Assembly: GCA_049701195.1 (NCBI GenBank)
Contig: JBNATU010000005.1
Location: 9,015 to 73,014, forward strand
Reading direction: 5' to 3'
DNA length: 64,000 nt
Source of the DNA: Moorellaceae bacterium
Lineage (GTDB): Bacteria; Bacillota; DSM-521; Neomoorellales; Neomoorellaceae
The translations under genes were made by a program, and so were the position numbers. The number at the start of each line of letters is the position of its first letter. The stretch's first letter is position 1. This document shows positions 57,289-64,000 of this stretch, in pieces. A model generated the notes under the pieces. It was given only the letters and a program-made list of their open reading frames with translations. It ran no database searches and was not told the DNA's origin.

Positions 57289-58038
57289 TCAAATTTTGTC
57301 CATGGGTACCAAATAAGCCATAGGATCTAGCGGTTGGCCGTTCCGGCGAACCTCAAAATGAAGCTGAACTGCCGTGCCGGAAGCCAGTACGGCTATAGTA
57401 TCCCCTTGGCGTACCGTCTGATTCGGTTGCACGTATATCTCCCCCAGCGTACCGTACACGGTTGTCCAACCGTCCCCGTGGTCTATCTCTAGTATCTTAC
57501 CCAGACGAGGGTCTTCCCCCGCCCGGGTCACCCGGCCATCCATAACGGACTTGACCGGGCTCCTTCCCTTAGCCTTAATATCTATACCGCTATGGAAGTA
57601 CCTCCCACCGCCGTCCTCCGCCCACCCGTAACTCCGGAAAATCTCTCCGGATACCGGAACGGCCATCTGGGGATAATGGGGGGCGGTTTCTTCGGGTCTA
57701 AAGGCCGGCAGCGCCTCGGCTCCGGATCTAAACCCGTGGTAAACCCAGCGGTCATAAGCATCCAGCCACAAGACATCTTGCACTACTTCCGCGATCCTGG
57801 AGGTCTGATCCGCAGCCGGGTCCCTCAGGTAATAGCGCAGGGCTTGCTGCCACCGTCCGGCCCCTGCACCCTCCAGCCGGAAAACCAGCGTAAAGGCTAA
57901 AAAAAGCAGGCCGGCAGCCAGCACTTGTTTCCATAGCTGCCGGAAGAAATAAGCAGGAGGTAGAGAGCGCGCCGGACCCTTAAGCTCCCCCAGCGGCACC
58001 CCTTTAATATCCTCCCAATCCCAATCATAACGCTTCAT
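57289..58038 (-). CDS. spoIVFA: M23/LytM-domain membrane protein, SpoIVFA-like
   Basis: TM helix and a C-terminal LytM domain (FHSGIDI, EIDHGDGWTTVYGTL). The usual second catalytic His of the HxH motif is replaced (YGTL). Confidence 0.6.
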   Translation of the reverse strand: MKRYDWDWEDIKGVPLGELKGPARSLPPAYFFRQLWKQVLAAGLLFLAFTLVFRLEGAGAGRWQQALRYYLRDPAADQTSRIAEVVQDVLWLDAYDRWVYHGFRSGAEALPAFRPEETAPHYPQMAVPVSGEIFRSYGWAEDGGGRYFHSGIDIKAKGRSPVKSVMDGRVTRAGEDPRLGKILEIDHGDGWTTVYGTLGEIYVQPNQTVRQGDTIAVLASGTAVQLHFEVRRNGQPLDPMAYLVPMDKI

Positions 58039-58113
58039 TGCGGTAGCCCCCCGGACAGGCAGTATCTCTTACCTAAATGTTTATGCATGTCCCTGGGGGG
58101 TATGACTATCCCT

Positions 58114-58152
58114 ATAAAAATGAAGAGGATACCCTTTTTACGGGTATCCTCT
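58114..58152 (-). terminator. Rho-independent terminator after groEL
   Basis: The minus strand reads AGAGGATACCC-gtaaaaa-GGGTATCCTCT followed by TCATTTTTAT. Confidence 0.75.
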
Positions 58153-58168
58153 GGCGAGACATGCGCCT

Positions 58169-59785
<1,617 letters not shown>

Positions 59786-59807
59786 TTACCAACCTCCTTC
59801 AAACGGA

Positions 59808-60095
59808 TTATTTTTCTCTCACCGCCAGAATATCGCTCTCGCGGATTATCAGGTATTCCTCTCCATTCACCTTTACCTCGGTGCCGCTGTACTTGGCGAA
59901 AACCACCCTATCTCCTACTTTGACTTCCGGTGTAATCCTGCTGCCGTTGTCCAGGATCCTGCCCGGACCCACAGCCACTACTTCACCTTCCTGGGGTTTT
60001 TCCTTAGCCGTATCCGGCAGAACGATGCCTCCCTGTGTCTTCTCTTCCTGCGTGATCACTTTTAATACTACCCGGTCACCAAGAGGCCGGAGCAT
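59808..60095 (-). CDS. groS: Co-chaperonin GroES
   Basis: [14 protein letters not shown]-terminus. I prefer ATG 60095, 7 nt after GGGAGGAG. Confidence 0.95.
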   Translation of the reverse strand: MLRPLGDRVVLKVITQEEKTQGGIVLPDTAKEKPQEGEVVAVGPGRILDNGSRITPEVKVGDRVVFAKYSGTEVKVNGEEYLIIRESDILAVREK

Positions 60096-60127
60096 GAAGT
60101 AACTCCTCCCTTCAACTGAAAGATTTG

Positions 60128-60154
60128 TTAGCACTCACTTGTGGCAAGTGCTAA
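60128..60154 (-). promoter_or_regulatory. CIRCE operator of groES-groEL
   Basis: TTAGCACTC-acttgtggc-AAGTGCTAA has one mismatch to the consensus. Confidence 0.85.
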
Positions 60155-60167
60155 CAGCCAAGTATTA

Positions 60168-60196
60168 TATTAATACAACGGTTTTTTGCTTGTCAA
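60168..60196 (-). promoter_or_regulatory. Sigma-A-type promoter of groESL
   Basis: The minus strand reads TTGACA-17 nt-TTAATA (or 18 nt-TAATAT), just upstream of CIRCE. Confidence 0.5.
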
Positions 60197-60209
60197 TAGG
60201 TTCGCCCTT

Positions 60210-61346
60210 TCAAAAGAGAATTTTTTGCCTCCTGAGGTTAACGTTGATGACTATACCCAGGGCCAGCAAGTTGCTCAGCATGGAGCTGCCTCCATAACTG
60301 AACAGGGGGAGGGGAATGCCGGTAACCGGCATTATGCCTATGGTCATACCCACGTTTACCAATAAGTGAAAAGTAAACATGGAACAAACACCGGCTACCA
60401 AAAGTGCGCCGAAAAGATCCTTGGCCTGAGAAGCGATGCGTATCATGCGATAGAGCAGAAGGAAGTATAGCCCTAACAATCCCAGTGTGCGGAAAAACCC
60501 CAGCTCTTCCCCCACCACGGAGAAAATAAAGTCCGTGTGGTGCTCAGGCAAAAAATTAAGCTGCACTTGAGATCCCTGGTGCAGGCCCTTACCCCACAGG
60601 CCCCCGGAACCGATGGCCACCTGCGATTGGATTATATGATAACCCGCGCCGCGGCCTCCTTCACCGTCGTTGTAAGGATTTAACATCACCACCAGCCTTT
60701 TGAGCTGGTATTCTTCCAGGGGGAGGGGTAACCCCCAGTGGAAGTGGGCAAATAGGGCTAAGGTTACGGCCAGCACGCTTCCGGTTACCAGGCCTAAAAA
60801 CAATCGGGTATTAACCCCCCCTATATATAACATTCCACCTAGGATGGCCACAAATACCAGGGCGGTCCCCAGATCCGGCTGTTTAAGCACCAGTAGCATG
60901 GGTAGGGCTACGTGCAAGAAGGGAATAGTCAAATCCCTCAGCCGGTTCAGTTGGCCCTGGCGGCTTTCCAACAGGCGGGCCAAGGTGATGATGACTATCA
61001 ACTTGCTGAACTCCGAGGGTTGGAACTGAAAGGCTCCCATGCTGATCCAGCGCTGGGCACCTTTAGCTTCGCTGCCCACCACCAGGACCGAGGCCAGAAG
61101 CAAGAGATTCAAAAGGTATAAGGCCCAGTGGTAGCGTTTAAGCTGCTGATAATCGAAGGACAGGGTGACTATCATGCCTATCAGCCCGATCACTATCCAT
61201 AAAAGCTGCTTTTTTACATAGTAATCCGGCCGGGAGGTAATACTGGCGGCCGCGCTATCCAGAACCAAAAGGCTTATGCCTATTATGGCTACCACGGTGC
61301 CTACCAGGATATAATCCAAATTGCGCCAGAGTTTGCGGTTAAACAT
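60210..61346 (-). CDS. rodA: Rod shape-determining protein RodA (SEDS family)
   Basis: 378 aa in the FtsW/RodA/SpoVE family with 10 TM helices. It follows minCDE, as is typical in Clostridia. Confidence 0.85.
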   Translation of the reverse strand: MFNRKLWRNLDYILVGTVVAIIGISLLVLDSAAASITSRPDYYVKKQLLWIVIGLIGMIVTLSFDYQQLKRYHWALYLLNLLLLASVLVVGSEAKGAQRWISMGAFQFQPSEFSKLIVIITLARLLESRQGQLNRLRDLTIPFLHVALPMLLVLKQPDLGTALVFVAILGGMLYIGGVNTRLFLGLVTGSVLAVTLALFAHFHWGLPLPLEEYQLKRLVVMLNPYNDGEGGRGAGYHIIQSQVAIGSGGLWGKGLHQGSQVQLNFLPEHHTDFIFSVVGEELGFFRTLGLLGLYFLLLYRMIRIASQAKDLFGALLVAGVCSMFTFHLLVNVGMTIGIMPVTGIPLPLFSYGGSSMLSNLLALGIVINVNLRRQKILF

Positions 61347-61371
61347 TTTTTCGCCTCTCCGCTCCCATTAT

Positions 61372-61409
61372 ACAAAAAAATAAACCCCGCCGGTAGCTTA
61401 GGCGGGGGG
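61372..61409 (-). terminator. Rho-independent terminator after minE
   Basis: The minus strand reads CCCCGCC-taagctacc-GGCGGGG followed by TTTATTTTTTTG. A TATAAT box for rodA follows at 61367-61372. Confidence 0.75.
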
Positions 61410-61434
61410 CCGACAAAATTTCTTAATCCCGGTT

Positions 61435-61731
61435 TTAATACATTACACTATGTTCCTCAGCAGTCTTAAAAGTCCGCTTGATGCGCAAAATAGGGATGTT
61501 GGCTACCAGAGCCACCGTATCGTTTTCCCGGCTTAAATTTACTTCCAGCCCTGCCGGATCTATTTCCAGATATTCGGAAATGACTTTGATCAAATCTTCC
61601 TTAAGAGCTTCTAAGAGGTGGGGAGATACTCCTACCCGATCGTGAACCAGGACGAGGCGCAACCGCTCTTTGGCCACTTTCTTGCTGGCAGTCGTTTCCC
61701 GTCCCAAGAAGCGCAATATGAAATCCCACAC
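61435..61731 (-). CDS. minE: Cell division topological specificity factor MinE
   Basis: 98 aa with a MinE pattern (KKVAKERLRLVLVHDR). Confidence 0.85.
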   Translation of the reverse strand: MWDFILRFLGRETTASKKVAKERLRLVLVHDRVGVSPHLLEALKEDLIKVISEYLEIDPAGLEVNLSRENDTVALVANIPILRIKRTFKTAEEHSVMY

Positions 61732-61744
61732 TGTTCGTCCCCCC

Positions 61745-62539
61745 TTAAGTCAGGCCAAAGAGCTTTTTCAGCTTGGCCACCAGGCCTTCGTTCCCTTCCA
61801 GGTTGAGCAAGGGCACTTCCTCCCCCAGGAGGCGCCGGGAAATATTGTGGTAGGCCTGTCCCGCCCGGGAACGCTTATCCAGAATGGCCGGTTCGCCTTT
61901 ATTGGTGGAAACGACGATCATTTCATCCTCCGGCACCACACCCAGAAGCTCAATAGCCAGTATCTCCAGCATATCCTCAATGTCCATCATGTCTCCCCGG
62001 CGTACCATGTCGGGCCGCACCCGATTAATGATAAGCCGGGGTGCTTCCATCTCCGCCGCCTCCAACAGCCCTATGATGCGGTCGGCATCGCGCACGGCGG
62101 CCACTTCCGGTGTGGTAACCACCAGGGCCTTTTCCGCCCCGGCGATGGCATTCTTAAAGCCCATCTCAATCCCCGCAGGACAGTCGATAAGTACAAAATC
62201 GAAATCTTCTTTGAGCTGGTCGCAAAGATCCATCATTTGGTGGCGGGTTACTGCCGTCTTGTCCCGCGTCTGGTTGGCCGGCAGGAGATACAAATTTTCC
62301 ATCCGCTTGTCCTTGATCAGAGCTTGCTTCAGGCGGCACCTTCCTTCTACCACATCCACCAGGTCGTAGACGATACGGTTTTCCAGTCCCAGCACCACGT
62401 CCAGATTCCGCAGGCCTATGTCCGTATCTACCATTACTACCTTCTTGCCCAGCAGGGCCAAACCGGTCCCCAAATTGGCCGTAGTCGTCGTTTTACCTAC
62501 GCCACCTTTGCCGGAGGTAATAACTATTACTTCACCCAT
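61745..62539 (-). CDS. minD: Septum site-determining ATPase MinD
   Basis: Deviant Walker A SGKGGVGKTT. I prefer ATG 62539, 7 nt after GAGGAGG. The ORF-track maximum is 62560. Confidence 0.95.
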   Translation of the reverse strand: MGEVIVITSGKGGVGKTTTTANLGTGLALLGKKVVMVDTDIGLRNLDVVLGLENRIVYDLVDVVEGRCRLKQALIKDKRMENLYLLPANQTRDKTAVTRHQMMDLCDQLKEDFDFVLIDCPAGIEMGFKNAIAGAEKALVVTTPEVAAVRDADRIIGLLEAAEMEAPRLIINRVRPDMVRRGDMMDIEDMLEILAIELLGVVPEDEMIVVSTNKGEPAILDKRSRAGQAYHNISRRLLGEEVPLLNLEGNEGLVAKLKKLFGLT

Positions 62540-62972
62540 CTTGTTCCTCCTCTTTGGCAAAATTACCTGGATTTAAGTAGCGCCTCTCGCCGCCAGGTTG
62601 ATACCTTTCAATTATTACCGTTCCCTCCTGCACTCTGGCAATCTCGGGTTGCTTGAGCGGCTTGTCTCCCCCATCAGGAGGCCGGGCAATATAGCCGGCT
62701 ATGCGCAACTGAGTGGGTTGCAGGTCGAAGGCAATAACTACCGCACCTTCATCACCTTCCGCTCCCGCATGCACTATCCCCTTCAAGGCCCCCATAACGA
62801 TTACATGCCCACCGGCCACCACTTCACCTCCCGGGTTAACATCTCCCATTATCACTACGTTGCCGTGATAATCTATACGTTGACCTGAACGAACCGTACG
62901 CCGCACCAGCAAAGTCTGTCCGGAAGGGCGGGAAGAATGGCCCAGGCGAATTGTTTCCTGAAGAGACACCAT
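62532..62972 (-). CDS. minC: Septum site-determining protein MinC (short form, C-terminal beta-helix domain only)
   Basis: The MinC_C pattern (RSGQRIDYHGNVVIMGDVNPGGEVVAGGHVIVMGALKG) begins about 30 aa from the start. Total length is only ~146-151 aa. Confidence 0.75.
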   Translation of the reverse strand: MVSLQETIRLGHSSRPSGQTLLVRRTVRSGQRIDYHGNVVIMGDVNPGGEVVAGGHVIVMGALKGIVHAGAEGDEGAVVIAFDLQPTQLRIAGYIARPPDGGDKPLKQPEIARVQEGTVIIERYQPGGERRYLNPGNFAKEEEQDG

Positions 62973-63007
62973 ACTCTCCTCCGTCAAGTATGGATGATGT
63001 TTTCTTC

Positions 63008-63036
63008 TTTTCTACGCCTCCTCAGGTAAATCCTGC
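63008..63036 (-). promoter_or_regulatory. Sigma-H-like promoter candidate upstream of minC
   Basis: The minus strand reads GCAGGATTT-acctgaggaggc-GTAGAAAA, with one mismatch in the GAAT core. Confidence 0.35.
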
Positions 63037-63129
63037 CGCCGAAAGGAAAATGACCGGGGCTTTTTTCCTCTCCCTTCTTGCAAAATACGACAAACTCTTC
63101 CCTTACCCGCTGCACTATAGAAGTTCACT

Positions 63130-63397
63130 CTGGCGCATCCCCAGTTTTACCTCTAGGCCTGCTTGGGCTTAAAGCTCGCTCCAAAAACCCTCGCGGGCCA
63201 AACTAGCGCTTGGCTCAAGGCTCCGGCAGGCTTCCCGGCAGGATTTAAGCATCCTGCCTCAATTGCCGGCCTCGGCCATCCATGGCCTCGGGCCTGCCTT
63301 CGCCTTTCGCCACGCTTGAGTTTGGCTACCGCTCGTGTTTAGTCGCTCGCTTCTAAGCCTAAGCAGGCCTCCCCAGCAAAAACTGGGGATAACTCAG
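63130..63397 (-). mobile_element. MITE-like element, family A, copy 5 (268 bp, inverted relative to copies 1 and 4)
   Basis: The ends are CTGGCGCATCCCCAGTTTT... and ...AAAACTGGGGATAACTCAG. It is flanked by a perfect direct repeat AAGTTCACT (63121-63129 and 63398-63406). Confidence 0.8.
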
Positions 63398-63401
63398 AAG
63401 T

Positions 63402-64000
63402 TCACTCCGTTGCGCTTCCCCCTGCGCCGGTCGGGGAAAGTTGGCCGGTCAATCCGAAATACCGGGCAAAGACGTCCCGCGCCACCACTCCGGCGGAATC
63501 GCCACCATGGCTGGCATACTCGATCACCCCGGCAAAGGCGATCTGGGGATCATCATAAGGCGCAAAGGCGACAAAAATACCGTAAAAATCGCGGCTCTTG
63601 TCATCCCCCACCAGTCCCGTCTGGGCCGTTCCCGTCTTGGCCGCCACTTTTATATTCGGCGGAAAATCGCGAAAAAGGAAGGAGGCGGTTCCTTGGGAGG
63701 ATTGGGTTACGGCCAGCATGCCTTTCCGCACCTCTTCCAAAATAGAGGCCGGAACATTTACTTTTTGCACTATTTCCGGAGAATATTCCTGTTTTACCTG
63801 ACCTTCCGGAGACAGCACCCTTTTTACCAGATAAGGGCGGTAGCGGGTCCCGCCGTTAGCCAGGGTGGCTACGTAATTCGCCAGCTGAAGGACGGTATAA
63901 TTGTTGGCTCCCTGTCCGATAGAGGTATTGTAAGTATCGTATGGATGCCAGGTAGTTTCAAAATTAAAGTTGATCTCATATTGAGCCTTCAATTGGCGCA
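63402..64000 (-). CDS. mrdA: Penicillin-binding protein 2 (MrdA-like transpeptidase), C-terminal part; the gene runs off the window
   Basis: Transpeptidase-domain motifs (SIGQG, KTGTAQ) with a stop at 63402. The reading frame is open to the window edge. Confidence 0.85.
   Translation of the reverse strand, partial: RQLKAQYEINFNFETTWHPYDTYNTSIGQGANNYTVLQLANYVATLANGGTRYRPYLVKRVLSPEGQVKQEYSPEIVQKVNVPASILEEVRKGMLAVTQSSQGTASFLFRDFPPNIKVAAKTGTAQTGLVGDDKSRDFYGIFVAFAPYDDPQIAFAGVIEYASHGGDSAGVVARDVFARYFGLTGQLSPTGAGGSATE

Noticed and set aside
61670-62656. A 328-aa plus-strand ORF, the longest unassigned ORF in the track.
   Set aside because: It lies entirely antisense to minE/minD, whose Walker-A and MinD motifs are unambiguous. 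Its translation is low-complexity (H/Q/P/R-rich) with no motif. It is a typical shadow ORF of a GC-rich gene.

Overview
This 64-kb window comes from a moderately GC-rich, endospore-forming Firmicute. It looks Clostridia-like (minCDE with mrdA/rodA, spoIIP, yqfCD, spoIVFA/FB, a Spo0B-like gene), but the taxonomy is inference only. I call 63 CDS, all but six on the minus strand. Nearly all are core housekeeping genes in an order that mirrors the B. subtilis yqe/yqf and obg-min regions: ccpN-PDRP-ppdK, glyQS, recO, yqzL, era, cdd, dgkA, ybeY, pgpH, phoH, yqfCD, rpsU, HIT, mtaB, rsmE, prmA, dnaJ-dnaK-grpE-hrcA, hemW, lepA, larB, spoIIP, comEC, degS-like, holA, rpsT, uppP, comEA, leuS, rsfS, yqeK, nadD, proAB, obg, spo0B-like, rpmA-prp-rplU, radical-SAM pair, spoIVFB/FA, groESL, rodA, minEDC, and a partial PBP2. 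I found no rRNA, tRNA, CRISPR-cas, prophage, defence island or obviously novel protein-coding system. The unusual content is intergenic. (1) There is a family of ~270-bp non-coding elements with IS10/IS50-like CTG..ATCCCCAG inverted termini and 9-bp target-site duplications. It has three intact copies, one rearranged copy and one or two degenerate copies. A second, 137-bp element has perfect 9-bp duplications. In three cases the duplication lies exactly 3 bp upstream of a -35 hexamer. (2) Sigma-H-type promoter motifs (AGAGGAAAW-N11-GTRGAAT) recur as direct repeats upstream of comEC and rpsU, with weaker versions upstream of comEA and minC. (3) A 630-nt ORF-poor region upstream of rpsU holds a 3x13-bp tandem repeat and one copy of a ~65-nt hairpin element; a second, inverted copy lies near rplU. 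(4) Two small genes are missing from the >=60-aa ORF track (rpsU and a yqzL-like gene), and the PPDK-regulator gene appears to need a non-canonical ATC/ATT start. All functional calls rest on motifs read from the translations and on synteny. No database search was run.
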